A stretch of 64,000 nucleotides of DNA from Pseudomonadota bacterium (GTDB lineage Bacteria; Pseudomonadota; Alphaproteobacteria; Caulobacterales; Hyphomonadaceae), in contig JBCDJY010000005.1 in NCBI GenBank assembly GCA_038747245.1, positions 37,356 through 101,355 on the forward strand, written 5' to 3'. This document shows positions 37,196 through 46,517 of the stretch, piece after piece. The notes beneath the pieces were generated by a model. That model made no database searches and was not told where the DNA came from. It saw nothing but the letters and a program-made list of their open reading frames with translations. How positions within the stretch are numbered: the first letter of the stretch is position 1; each line of letters begins with the position of its first letter. Position numbers and translations under genes: made by a program.

Positions 37196-37957
37196 CTAGG
37201 CCACTGCGGCGCGCCCGCGCGGCCCGTTGAAGTATTCATTGATCCACGGATGGTCGAGGCTGCGCAGTTCAGCAATCGTGCCAATGGCGATGACCCGCTT
37301 GTCGGCCAAGACGGCAATCTGGTCGCAGATCGCGCCCAGCGTGTCGAGGTCGTGGGTCACCAGGAATACGCTCAGCCCGAGGCTTTGTTGCAGGTCGCGG
37401 ATCAATTGGTCGAAATTGCCCGCCGTGATCGGGTCCAGGCCCGCGGTGGGCTCGTCGAGGAACAGAAGGTCTGGGTCCAGCGCCAGCGCCCGCGCTAGGG
37501 CAGCGCGCTTACGCATGCCGCCCGACAGGTCGGAGGGGTATTTGTTGGCCGCCGATGCGTCGAGGCCAGACAGGCGGATTTTCATGTCCGCAATGTCCCT
37601 GGCCATCGCCCCGCGCAGGGGGGTGTGTTCGTGGATCGGGACCAAAACGTTCTGGCGCACGGTCAGATTGGAAAACAGGGCGCCGTCCTGGAACATAAGG
37701 CCCCATCGCCGCTCCAGGGCGCCGCGCGCCTCATCGTCAATCCGGGTGATGTCGCGTCCAAAAATCTCAACGCTTCCGGCTGCCGGCCGTTTCAGCCCAA
37801 CGATGGCACGCAGCAAAACCGACTTGCCCGTGCCCGAGCCGCCAATGATGCCGATCACCTCCCCGGCCGGCACGTCCAGGTCGAGACCCTCATGCACGAC
37901 ATGGGTGCCATAGGCGGTCTTCAGGCCGCGCACGCGGATCGCCGGCGCCGCGCTCAA
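37196..37957 (-). CDS. ABC transporter ATP-binding protein (MlaF-like)
   Basis: Walker A GGSGTGKSVLLR, signature LSGGMRKRAALARAL and Walker B LLFLDEPTAGLDP. The proposed TTG start at 37957 overlaps the permease stop (TTGA). No in-frame ATG lies upstream of the conserved IRVRGL strand. Confidence 0.85.
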   Translation of the reverse strand: MSAAPAIRVRGLKTAYGTHVVHEGLDLDVPAGEVIGIIGGSGTGKSVLLRAIVGLKRPAAGSVEIFGRDITRIDDEARGALERRWGLMFQDGALFSNLTVRQNVLVPIHEHTPLRGAMARDIADMKIRLSGLDASAANKYPSDLSGGMRKRAALARALALDPDLLFLDEPTAGLDPITAGNFDQLIRDLQQSLGLSVFLVTHDLDTLGAICDQIAVLADKRVIAIGTIAELRSLDHPWINEYFNGPRGRAAVA

Positions 37958-39066
37958 TATCCCAGCTCCATGAGGAAAATCGCAAACACCGCGTCGATCA
38001 CAATGATGGCGAAGATGGCCTGAACCACGGACGTTGTCGTGTGGGCGCCCAGGGACTGGACGCTGCCGCCGACGAGCAGGCCCTGGCGGCACCCGATGAG
38101 CGCCACGACCAGGCCAAACAGCGGCGCCTTGGCCATGCCGGCCCAGAAATTCGACGTGGGGACAAAGTCTTGCAGGCGCTGGGCAAACACCACCGGATTG
38201 ATGTCCAGGGCAAGCCATCCAACCACCAGGCCACCTGCGATCCCGGACAGCATGGCCGCAAAGGCGAGCACCGGCGTCATCAGCACCATGGCGAAGATGC
38301 GCGGCGCCACCAGCACCTCCATCGGGCTGAGACCCAGCGTCGTCATCGCGTCGACTTCCTGGCGCATGCGCATCGCGCCGATCTGGGCGGTGAAGGCGGA
38401 ATTGGTGCGCCCGGCCAGGATTATCCCGGTGAGCATAACGCCGAGCTCGCGCATCATGGCAATGCCGACAAGCTCAACCGCAAAGATCGTCGCGCCGAGC
38501 TCAGCCAGCGATGTGGCGCCAATAAAGGCGACCACCATGCCGACGAAGAATGACAGGAACGCCACGATTGGCAGGGCATCGAGGCCCGCCTCCTCCATGA
38601 TGGCAACCGTGGGCGTCAGGCGCAGCCGGCGAGGGCGCGCCAGCACACCGGCGCAGGTCACCAGCGCTTCGCCCAGAAACGCCAGCGTCGCCAGCGCCTC
38701 GCGGTAGAGCCGCAAACTGCCGCGCCCGGCCCGCTCCAGCAGGTCGACAAGGGACCCGCCGAGCGCGCGTGGTGCATCGCAATCCACCTCTGAGGCGGCG
38801 ATCAGCCGGATCAGGTTTTCTGCGCTGGGATGTTGGCCGCGGATCTCCGGTTGGGCGGCGTGGCGGCAGACCCGGGTCAGCATCAGGGCGCCGGCCGTGT
38901 CGATCCGGTCGAGGCCGCCCACATCAATGGTGTCGATGTTTGAAAGCAGGGTCTGGTAGGCCTCGCCGAGCCCGTGCACGGTCATCACAGTCCAGTCGCC
39001 GGCCACTTCCAGAACATGCTGGCCAGCCTCTTCGCGGAGGAGGAATTCTGCGGTGCGCGCTGCCAT
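37954..39066 (-). CDS. MlaE-type ABC permease with N-terminal STAS-like extension
   Basis: The C-terminal ~260 aa are a polytopic MlaE-like permease. The N-terminal ~100 aa (HVLEVAGDWTVMTVHGL...IDVGGLDRIDTAGALML) look like a STAS/MlaB-type domain. Confidence 0.85.
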   Translation of the reverse strand: MAARTAEFLLREEAGQHVLEVAGDWTVMTVHGLGEAYQTLLSNIDTIDVGGLDRIDTAGALMLTRVCRHAAQPEIRGQHPSAENLIRLIAASEVDCDAPRALGGSLVDLLERAGRGSLRLYREALATLAFLGEALVTCAGVLARPRRLRLTPTVAIMEEAGLDALPIVAFLSFFVGMVVAFIGATSLAELGATIFAVELVGIAMMRELGVMLTGIILAGRTNSAFTAQIGAMRMRQEVDAMTTLGLSPMEVLVAPRIFAMVLMTPVLAFAAMLSGIAGGLVVGWLALDINPVVFAQRLQDFVPTSNFWAGMAKAPLFGLVVALIGCRQGLLVGGSVQSLGAHTTTSVVQAIFAIIVIDAVFAIFLMELGY

Positions 39067-39184
39067 GGGCCCTGCGTCCAATGCCTGGCTTCAGATCAAG
39101 CCGGACCACAGCAAATCAAGGTTAAGGCCGCCCGCCAAGGAAATGTTGAATTTCACACAGTTGGGCAATGGTCGCAGGCTTGGG

Positions 39185-39227
39185 CAGAAAAGGCCCGCCA
39201 GGCGCGGTCTCTGCGCGCCGGCGGGCC
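39185..39227 (-). terminator. Rho-independent terminator after the SDR gene
   Basis: Long GC stem at 39192-39227 (GGCCCGCC-A-GGCGCG / CGCGCC-GGCGGGCC, with one bulge). On the minus strand it is followed by UUUUCUG. It begins 9 nt after the stop codon at 39236. Confidence 0.8.
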
Positions 39228-39235
39228 GGCTCAGA

Positions 39236-39982
39236 CTAGAGCTCGCTCATGCCGCCATCGACGACATATTCAGAGCCGGTGACAAAGCTGGCTTCGTCGC
39301 TGAGCAGGAAGGCAGCAACGCCGGCCACTTCCTCGGGCGTGCCGAACCGGCCAAGGGGCACGGCGGACAGGATCTGTTGCGAGAAGCCATCCAGCGCCTC
39401 TTGGTCGAGGCCGGTGCGGTTAAAGAAATCGGTGCCGATGGGCCCCGGGCTGACGGCGTTGACGTTAATCTGACGGCCAGACCACTCGCGCGCCAGAACA
39501 CGCACAAATGTGCGCAACGCGCCCTTGGTGGAGTTGTAGACCGATCCGCCGGCCATGCCGAGATTCTGCCCAATGGATGTATTGATGAGCACCTTGCCAC
39601 CATCCTTGATCAACGGGGACAGCTGACCTGCCTGGAGCAGGGGGCCGCGCACATTGACCGCGTATTGGTCGTCAAACTCTTCGGCGGTGAGGTGCTCGAC
39701 CGGGACAAAGCGCCCAAAGCCTGCATTCAGGAACACCGCGTCGACCTGGCCAAGCTCGGCCTTGACGGCCTCTGCGAGGGCCGCCGCGCTTGCCGGTTCG
39801 CCATTGTCGGCCTTGATCGTCACTGCGCCAGGGTGATTGGACGCAAACGATGCGAGCCGGTCCGCGTTAGATCCGGTGACGGCAATCCGCGCGCCTTCGG
39901 CCTGGAGGCGCTCGGCTGTGACAAGGCCGATGCCGGAAGTCCCGCCGGTGATGAGGACGGTTTTGTTTTCAAAGCGTGTCAT
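39236..39982 (-). CDS. SDR-family oxidoreductase
   Basis: TGGTSGIG cofactor motif and catalytic YNSTK (YxxxK). 248 aa. Confidence 0.9.
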   Translation of the reverse strand: MTRFENKTVLITGGTSGIGLVTAERLQAEGARIAVTGSNADRLASFASNHPGAVTIKADNGEPASAAALAEAVKAELGQVDAVFLNAGFGRFVPVEHLTAEEFDDQYAVNVRGPLLQAGQLSPLIKDGGKVLINTSIGQNLGMAGGSVYNSTKGALRTFVRVLAREWSGRQINVNAVSPGPIGTDFFNRTGLDQEALDGFSQQILSAVPLGRFGTPEEVAGVAAFLLSDEASFVTGSEYVVDGGMSEL

Positions 39983-40088
39983 GGCTGTTCTCCTTTCGAC
40001 ATGACGTCACTGCACCGGCACGTGGGGCGGGCCGCCGATGGGTGGGACACCCAAGGTTGCCATGGCGCCCATGCGCAAATGGAATGGC

Positions 40089-40550
40089 TCAGTCTTGCCC
40101 GCTGGCGGCTTCGCTGGCGGTGGGGGCTTCGGGAGGATCGGGAAACTCCGGCGGGCTTGGCATACGCTCGACGGCTGCGGCGAGGAGCAGTTGCCAGATT
40201 TGGGTGTTGAGCGCCCGCGCGTCCGGGTCGCCGCGCGTTTCCAAATCGGCTTGCAAGGAGATCAGCCGCGCGGCCAGGGCGTCGCGGGCCACGTCCAGAT
40301 CGCTTAGCTTGAGGCTTGCCGGGGCGATCTGCGCTGCTGCCTCGTCTCCGCCGGCCTGGAGCAGGGATTTCATCGCCTCGATCTCGCGCGAGAGCCGGTC
40401 GGCGGCGCCGTCAAACGCCTCGCCAGCCATGATCGCCATCAGCCCCGACAGGCCCGCTTTCCCGCCGACATATTGGCCCTCCAGCGCCGGGGCGACTTCA
40501 CCCACCAAGGTCTGCCCGATGCGATCAAGGATGCGCGCGATCTCTTTCAC
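40089..40550 (-). CDS. Small helical acidic hypothetical protein (possible partner of the adjacent kinase)
   Basis: 153 aa. The GTG start overlaps the kinase stop (GTGA). The sequence is Ala/Leu/Glu-rich and predicted helical, with no recognised motif. Confidence 0.6.
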   Translation of the reverse strand: MKEIARILDRIGQTLVGEVAPALEGQYVGGKAGLSGLMAIMAGEAFDGAADRLSREIEAMKSLLQAGGDEAAAQIAPASLKLSDLDVARDALAARLISLQADLETRGDPDARALNTQIWQLLLAAAVERMPSPPEFPDPPEAPTASEAASGQD

Positions 40551-41620
40551 GCCGGCCCCTCAACGCCAAATTTCGGCGCCAGGCGCGACGCGAGCACCAC
40601 TTCATGGGCGGCATGGGTGAACCAGCCCGACCAGGCCAGAATGGGATCGTCATTCTCGCCGCTGGCAAAGGCGCGCGCCGAGCTGATCCAGATGCCCATG
40701 GCTTTGACCGTGGCGAAGATGGACCACCATTCAAACGCCTCTGGGTCGAAGCGGCATCCCGATGCGCGCTGCCAAGTCTCGATCGCGTCGGGCCAGGGCA
40801 GAAACCCGGCAGCGCGCTGGGTATCGCCGCTGCACCACAGCGGGTCGGTGGCCCAGGCAAGGTCCTCATAGGGGTCGCCGATATGGGCCATCTCCCAGTC
40901 CAGAAGAGCGATAATTTTGCCGGCCTCATCGTGGAGAAAATTGCCGCTGCGATAGTCGCCATGGACAATCGACAGGCGCTGGGCCGGCGGCGGCGGGTTG
41001 GCGCGCAGCCAGCGCATCGCCGCTTCGGTGATCGGCTCGGGCCTGGTCTGGTCGGCGGCGATCTTGGCGGCCCAATAGTCGAGCTCGCGGCGCCAACAGG
41101 CGTCAGGGGCAGGGGTATCGATGGCCGCTGCCAGCGGCGCGTCTTCGACGGGCAGGGCGGCAATGGCGCCGAGGTGGCTAAAAAACTGGGCGCCGATCTC
41201 CGCCCGGTGGGGATCGACCGCGTCGAGTTTGAACGGATTAAGCGCGGCGCCGCCATCGATTCGCTCCATGATGAAAAACGGCGCGCCTAGGGCGTCTGCG
41301 CGCGTCTCCAGGGCGATGGCGGCCGGCACGGGCAGGCTCCCCTCGCGCGTGGCTGACTTCAGGGCGGCAAACTCGACCGCGCGGTCGGTCTCGATCAGGC
41401 TGGCAGGCGGGTCGCGGCGCAGGATCAGTGCGCGGATCGCCCCGTCGACATCGACATCAATGGCATAGGTCTCGCGGCTCGCCCCGCCGGGGATCCGGGC
41501 CAGGGCGCGCACGGTCACCGGCGCGCCGCCGGCGCAAACGGCGCTGTAATAGCCGGCAAAGGCCCCAGCGAGCGCTGGGTCTTCCACCGCATGGGGCGCG
41601 GGGCCGCCGGTTTCAGGCAT
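40547..41620 (-). CDS. APH/choline-kinase-fold phosphotransferase family protein
   Basis: Catalytic loop IVHGDYRSGNFL and metal-binding LLDWEMAHIGDPYEDLAW. ATG 41620 overlaps the upstream gene stop by 8 nt (ATGCCTGA). Confidence 0.85.
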   Translation of the reverse strand: MPETGGPAPHAVEDPALAGAFAGYYSAVCAGGAPVTVRALARIPGGASRETYAIDVDVDGAIRALILRRDPPASLIETDRAVEFAALKSATREGSLPVPAAIALETRADALGAPFFIMERIDGGAALNPFKLDAVDPHRAEIGAQFFSHLGAIAALPVEDAPLAAAIDTPAPDACWRRELDYWAAKIAADQTRPEPITEAAMRWLRANPPPPAQRLSIVHGDYRSGNFLHDEAGKIIALLDWEMAHIGDPYEDLAWATDPLWCSGDTQRAAGFLPWPDAIETWQRASGCRFDPEAFEWWSIFATVKAMGIWISSARAFASGENDDPILAWSGWFTHAAHEVVLASRLAPKFGVEGPA

Positions 41621-42713
41621 CGAGGACATCGCTCCAGCCGCTCGGCGCATGGGGGCCGATGCACAGCTGCTCCAGCACGCCAATGCCGCGGTGCTCGGCG
41701 CCGTCAGGCCCGGTATGAACTGCCTCCACCAGGGCTTGGATGTGGAGGTTTTCCGGCATTTGCCATGGCAGGCTCGCGGGCTGGTCATCTTGGCGGGTGA
41801 CCACCACACCTTCGCCTTGCCACACGCCATGGCCCAATTCCGGATGGCCGTAGCCCAGACCCTTCATCTGGAAGGTGGAGATCGGTGTGTATTCGATCTT
41901 TTGCGCCGCGCCCAAACCATCTTCGGCGTGGAGCGTGGCTGCGCCGATGCGCCGGGTGTTTTGGGACCAGGTTACGTCCATTTTCGGCCGGTTCAGGGCG
42001 TGGAGCGCCCCGGCGCCTGCGCCATCTTCGGCCACCACGCACCGCGTGTTCCAGGCGCTTCCGCGGGCGTCCTCATTGACGTGGAAGTAGAGCGCATGGC
42101 CGGGAAAGTTGATGGGCGCCCAAAGCCAGAAGAATTGCGGCAACTGGGCCGGGACCAGCGGCTGGGGATCACGCGCGCCAATCGGGCGCACGCCCCAGCT
42201 GCGATCGCGGGTGCCCGGCCAATCGTCAATGGTGAACGAGGCGCCATCGACAGATAGCGCGCCGGTCCAGTGTCCGTTTTGGGTCATGCGCGTGCAATCG
42301 ATGAGCATGCGCGGGCCCTGGCGATGGGTGAAGCGCGGCTCTTCAAGGGGGAAGTGCCGGCCGGTGAACGCGGCATCCAGGGATACCCCTTCGGCCGCCT
42401 CCAGGCGCAGGCGCACCTGCCGCAGCGGCTTGATCACCTCCACGCTCAGCGGGCCGACGCGGGTATCCATCCGCTCCATATTCAGGGCGCGCGAGACAAA
42501 TACCGATGTCTGACGGCCCTCGTGGAGGACCGAGATCGCCCCGTCCATAATGTTGAGATGGGGGTACACCCCCAGGGCGCCGGCGAAGAACACCGCGCCG
42601 TCCGGGCTATAGCCGTTGAAGAAATAGCGGTCGTAGAAATTCCGGTCCGAGCCGCAAAACGCCACCGGTTCCGGGCGTTGGTGGATTGGATATTCGTCGC
42701 CTTCCGTCAGCAT
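41613..42713 (-). CDS. Hypothetical protein, 366 aa
   Basis: High GC3, no TM or signal peptide, and no motif I can name. It is the first gene of a three-gene overlapping set. Confidence 0.7.
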   Translation of the reverse strand: MLTEGDEYPIHQRPEPVAFCGSDRNFYDRYFFNGYSPDGAVFFAGALGVYPHLNIMDGAISVLHEGRQTSVFVSRALNMERMDTRVGPLSVEVIKPLRQVRLRLEAAEGVSLDAAFTGRHFPLEEPRFTHRQGPRMLIDCTRMTQNGHWTGALSVDGASFTIDDWPGTRDRSWGVRPIGARDPQPLVPAQLPQFFWLWAPINFPGHALYFHVNEDARGSAWNTRCVVAEDGAGAGALHALNRPKMDVTWSQNTRRIGAATLHAEDGLGAAQKIEYTPISTFQMKGLGYGHPELGHGVWQGEGVVVTRQDDQPASLPWQMPENLHIQALVEAVHTGPDGAEHRGIGVLEQLCIGPHAPSGWSDVLDA

Positions 42714-42806
42714 GGCCGTGTGCCGGCTGTTCGCCGCCTCCCTGTCTTGGCCCCTCTTGCCGGGGGCCCTTGCCTCTCTACACTGGCAGACTTTCGAGCC
42801 GAATCA

Positions 42807-43235
42807 ATGGGGGTGAAGGCGATGGCGAAGATACCAACGCGCGCAGACCTTGAGGCGTTCTTCACAGCAGCGTTTGAAGGCCCGCCGCCAAATTTCATTG
42901 CCCTGGGCGAGGGCCGCGCGGCCCAAAGGCTTGCGGTGACCAAGGCGCATTTGCGACCGGGCGGCTATGTCTCGGGGCCGACGCAGATGCAGCTCGCCGA
43001 TACAGTGACCTATGCGGCCATTTTCACGCGGATTGGGATCGAGCCGATGGCGGTCACCACCAGCCTTAATATGAGCTTCCTGCGGCCTCTCATTGGCGAG
43101 GTGGTGATTGCCGAGGCGCAGCTCATGAAGCTCGGGCGCACCCTGGCCATCGCCGAGGTCACGCTCAAAGCCGAGGGCGAAAGCGCGCCGGCGAGCCATG
43201 CCGTCGTCACCTACGCCCTGCCGCGCAAATCCTAA
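42807..43235 (+). CDS. PaaI-family hotdog thioesterase
   Basis: Internal start of ORF 42270..43235. The pattern is hotdog-fold (GYVSGPTQMQLADTVTYAAI...TTSLNMSFLRP...AEAQLMKLGRTLAIAEV). The start is either ATG 42807 or ATG 42822. Confidence 0.75.
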   Translation: MGVKAMAKIPTRADLEAFFTAAFEGPPPNFIALGEGRAAQRLAVTKAHLRPGGYVSGPTQMQLADTVTYAAIFTRIGIEPMAVTTSLNMSFLRPLIGEVVIAEAQLMKLGRTLAIAEVTLKAEGESAPASHAVVTYALPRKS

Positions 43236-43261
43236 ATTGCCTTGAAGTAGGAGCTCTTTGC

Positions 43262-43867
43262 CTAGGCTGACAGGTCCGCCAACCCGGCATAGCGGGCGGC
43301 TAATGCGTCGGCAAGGCGGCGGGCTGCATCAATATCGGTTTCGAAGGCAGCCAGGGCCTCATCGACCCGCGCGGTGTCGGCCGCGCGCTCTGCCACCGTG
43401 TCGCGCGCTTGCAGGAAGGTGCGGCTTGCTCGTTGGGCCTTCACCAGGGCGCGCTCGAAACTGGTTACGTCGCCGCGGCCCGTCTCCAGCGTTTCATTGC
43501 TCAAGATCTGCCGCACTTCCTGCATAACCGAGCCGAGCCCTTCCCGGGCCGTGAGCACATCTTGAACCAGGCCGGCAAGGTGATCGCTGTCTGGCCGCAG
43601 CGTATCTTCGAAGCCGTCAAGGTAAGCCCCGCCCGTGTCGGAGGCGCTTTGCCCGTTCATCAGTATCGCGGCGAGGTTGGCAAATCCTGTCTCGTTGGGC
43701 GCCCATCCGGCCGTTTCAACCTGGTCGCAAAAGGCATCAGAGGCTGCGCGCAAATCAGTCTGTTCTTGGCTGAGCGCAGATTCAACGGTCGTTTCCGTTG
43801 GCACCATCGACACGGTGGCGCAGCCGGCAAGCGCGAAAAGAGGAAGGAAAAAGAACGCGATACGCAT
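43262..43867 (-). CDS. Hypothetical lipoprotein
   Basis: Signal peptide with lipobox FALAGC. The mature part is helical and Ala/Glu/Asp-rich. No family is recognised. Confidence 0.7.
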   Translation of the reverse strand: MRIAFFFLPLFALAGCATVSMVPTETTVESALSQEQTDLRAASDAFCDQVETAGWAPNETGFANLAAILMNGQSASDTGGAYLDGFEDTLRPDSDHLAGLVQDVLTAREGLGSVMQEVRQILSNETLETGRGDVTSFERALVKAQRASRTFLQARDTVAERAADTARVDEALAAFETDIDAARRLADALAARYAGLADLSA

Positions 43868-43975
43868 ACGATCAGCCGCTTGATTGTCGTTTTCCCACCA
43901 CGCGAAGCAGTCGCATGTGGGAATTCACCCGTCCAGCCTTTATTCACAGCGTATTCGCGGATAGGTGAAGAAGGC

Positions 43976-44977
43976 ATGAACACAGTGCCTACGAGGCGGA
44001 CCCTTTACCCGCGCCACGCAGCCCGCCGCACCGGCCATCTGCGTGTATCAGACCTTCACGAGCTCTACTATGAAGAGAGCGGCAACCCGCGGGGTATCCC
44101 GGTCGTGGCCATTCACGGCGGTCCCGGCGGCGGCTCCAGCCCGGAAATGCGCCGTTTCTTCAATGAGTCAAAATATCGAATTATCCTTTACGATCAACGC
44201 GGTTGCGGGCGTTCGCGGCCCCATTCAGAGCTGCAGGACAACACCACCTGGGATCTGGTGTCGGATTTGGAGGTGCTGCGCGCCCATCTCGGCATCGACA
44301 AATGGGTGGTGTTCGGCGGATCTTGGGGCTCAACCTTGTCACTCTGCTACGCCGTGACACACCCCGAGCAGACCCTGGGACTGCTCCTGCGCGGCATTTT
44401 CCTCATCACCGAGGCCGAGATTCGCTGGTTCTACCAGGAGGGCGCCTCGCGCCTGTTCCCCGATGCGTTTGAGCGGTATCTCGCGCCAATCCCCGAATCA
44501 GAACGCGGCGACCTGGTGCGCGCCTTCTACACGCGGCTGACCAGCGAAGACCGTGAAGAGCGCCAGGCTGCGGCCCGGGCTTGGGCGCGCTGGGAGGGCG
44601 AGACCTTGTCGATGCGCGGCGCCCTGCGCACGCCTCCGCGCTTCGATGAAGAAGATTTCCTCGACGCGTTTGCCCGCATCGAGTGCCATTATTTCATCAA
44701 TAAGGGCTTTTTCGACCATGATGGGTGGCTGCTCGACCGCGCCGCGGCCGTGCTCCAGGGGCGTGTTCCGGGGGTGATTGTCCACGGCCGCTACGATGTG
44801 GTGACGCCCCTGTCCTCGGCCTGGGCGCTTAAGAAAGCCTGGCCTGACGCGCAGCTGCATATCGTATCGGACGCCGGCCATTCGAGCCTGGAGCCCGGGA
44901 TTGTCGACCAGCTGATCCGCGCCTCCGACCGGTTCGCCGATATGTTCAGTTCGGCAACAGCCCGGCCACGAGGATAA
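43976..44977 (+). CDS. pip: Prolyl aminopeptidase (proline iminopeptidase)
   Basis: HGGPGGG oxyanion motif, the YDQRGCGRS block and nucleophile elbow GGSWGSTL. ATG 43976 lies within ORF-track frame 43409..44977. Confidence 0.9.
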   Translation: MNTVPTRRTLYPRHAARRTGHLRVSDLHELYYEESGNPRGIPVVAIHGGPGGGSSPEMRRFFNESKYRIILYDQRGCGRSRPHSELQDNTTWDLVSDLEVLRAHLGIDKWVVFGGSWGSTLSLCYAVTHPEQTLGLLLRGIFLITEAEIRWFYQEGASRLFPDAFERYLAPIPESERGDLVRAFYTRLTSEDREERQAAARAWARWEGETLSMRGALRTPPRFDEEDFLDAFARIECHYFINKGFFDHDGWLLDRAAAVLQGRVPGVIVHGRYDVVTPLSSAWALKKAWPDAQLHIVSDAGHSSLEPGIVDQLIRASDRFADMFSSATARPRG

Positions 44978-46448
44978 CGCCTAGGGCAATCGGAATCACA
45001 TAGCGCAGCAAGACACGCGCATAGGTGACGGCGCTGCCGGCGCCAAGCTCGTCTGCAAGCGAGTCCCGCGACAGCACCCATCCGGCAAACACAGCCACCA
45101 AAAGCCCGCCCAGGGGCAGCATGATCGAACCGGTGATGAAGTCGACGAGGTCGATGAGATTGCCCATGAACACGTACATCACGCCAAGGCCGAACATCAC
45201 CAATCCGAGCAGCGCTGCGCCAGATGCGCGGCTGATCTCGGGCCGGTCTTCGAGCCAGGACACACCGACCTCGAACAGCGAGATCGACGAGGTGAACGCG
45301 GCAAACAAGGCCAGGGTGAAGAAGACGCCGCCGGCCACTGCCCCCAAACCGCCCATCTCGCCAAAGGCAACCGGCATGGTGGCAAAGAACAGGCCGCCGC
45401 CGCCGGCAGGGTCGAGGCCAAACGCAAACACGATGGGGAAAATGGCGAAGCCGGCGATCATCGCCACGATGGTGTCTGCGCTCGCCACCAGCACAGACGA
45501 GCCGGGGATCGAGGTCTCGCGCGCCAAGTAGGCGCCATAGGTGATCATCAGGCAAGAGCCGACACCGATGGAGAAGAAGGCCTGGCCCACCGCGGCCAGC
45601 AGCGTGTCGAAGGTGACCGCGCTGAAATCGGGCGTGAGCAGGAAATCTGCAGCAGCCGCTGCATCGCCCACCACCAGGGCAAACACCACCATGCCAGCGA
45701 GCATAAGGAAGAAGAGCGGCATCAGGATGCTGGCTGCCGTCTCGATGCCGCCGCGAATGCCCCGGGCAACGATGAAGACATTGAGCGCGAGGAAAATGGC
45801 GAGGTAGGAAATGATTTCGAGCTTGTTGCCCGTGGTCTGGGCGAACTTGCAGCCAGACACATCGCCCGTGGTCACATCGCGCAGGATGGCCGAGCCGTCA
45901 GGGGCAGTGGCAGCAACCTGGGTGATAAGGCCCTCGGAGCTGACAAATGGGCACACATCGGTCAGCTGAACACTGCGCACCTGGTCAGCCAGGGCGGCGG
46001 CCGCGGCGCCCACATTGGCGCGCAGGAGCTCTGCATCTGCGCTGATCGAGCCAAATTCGCCGGAAAACGCCTTCGGAATGTAGTCGAACACCCAAGTGGC
46101 CACGACAATGTAGAAGCTGAATATGCCCAGGGAGGCGAGGGCGCCGATCCAGCCCATAGCCGTCCAAATGCGCGGTTTGCCCTCGGTTTCTGCGATGTGG
46201 CGGATGCCGGAAATCGCAGAGCGCTGGCCTTTCCGCCCAATCGCGTATTCTGCCATCAGCACGGGCAGGCCGAGGAGCGCGACGCAGATCAAGTAGATGA
46301 TGATGAAGGCTGAGCCGCCATTCTCGCCAGCGGTGAACGGAAAGCGCCAGAGATTGCCAAGGCCGACCGACGAGCCCACCGCGGCCATGATAAAGCCGAA
46401 CCGCGAGCCCCAATTCTCTGTTTTTCCGCCAATTGCGGCCATGCCCAT
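44946..46448 (-). CDS. Sodium-dependent transporter, SNF (neurotransmitter:sodium symporter) family
   Basis: N-terminal signature GFIMAAVGSSVGLGNLWRFPF, and polytopic. The 3' end overlaps convergent pip by 32 nt. Confidence 0.9.
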   Translation of the reverse strand: MGMAAIGGKTENWGSRFGFIMAAVGSSVGLGNLWRFPFTAGENGGSAFIIIYLICVALLGLPVLMAEYAIGRKGQRSAISGIRHIAETEGKPRIWTAMGWIGALASLGIFSFYIVVATWVFDYIPKAFSGEFGSISADAELLRANVGAAAAALADQVRSVQLTDVCPFVSSEGLITQVAATAPDGSAILRDVTTGDVSGCKFAQTTGNKLEIISYLAIFLALNVFIVARGIRGGIETAASILMPLFFLMLAGMVVFALVVGDAAAAADFLLTPDFSAVTFDTLLAAVGQAFFSIGVGSCLMITYGAYLARETSIPGSSVLVASADTIVAMIAGFAIFPIVFAFGLDPAGGGGLFFATMPVAFGEMGGLGAVAGGVFFTLALFAAFTSSISLFEVGVSWLEDRPEISRASGAALLGLVMFGLGVMYVFMGNLIDLVDFITGSIMLPLGGLLVAVFAGWVLSRDSLADELGAGSAVTYARVLLRYVIPIALGVILVAGLLPN

Positions 46449-46517
46449 GTCTCCCAGTCGACTCGCGCGGAGACTAAGCAGGGCGCGCGAAATTGCAAAC
46501 GCGGGCGGCGCGGGCGG

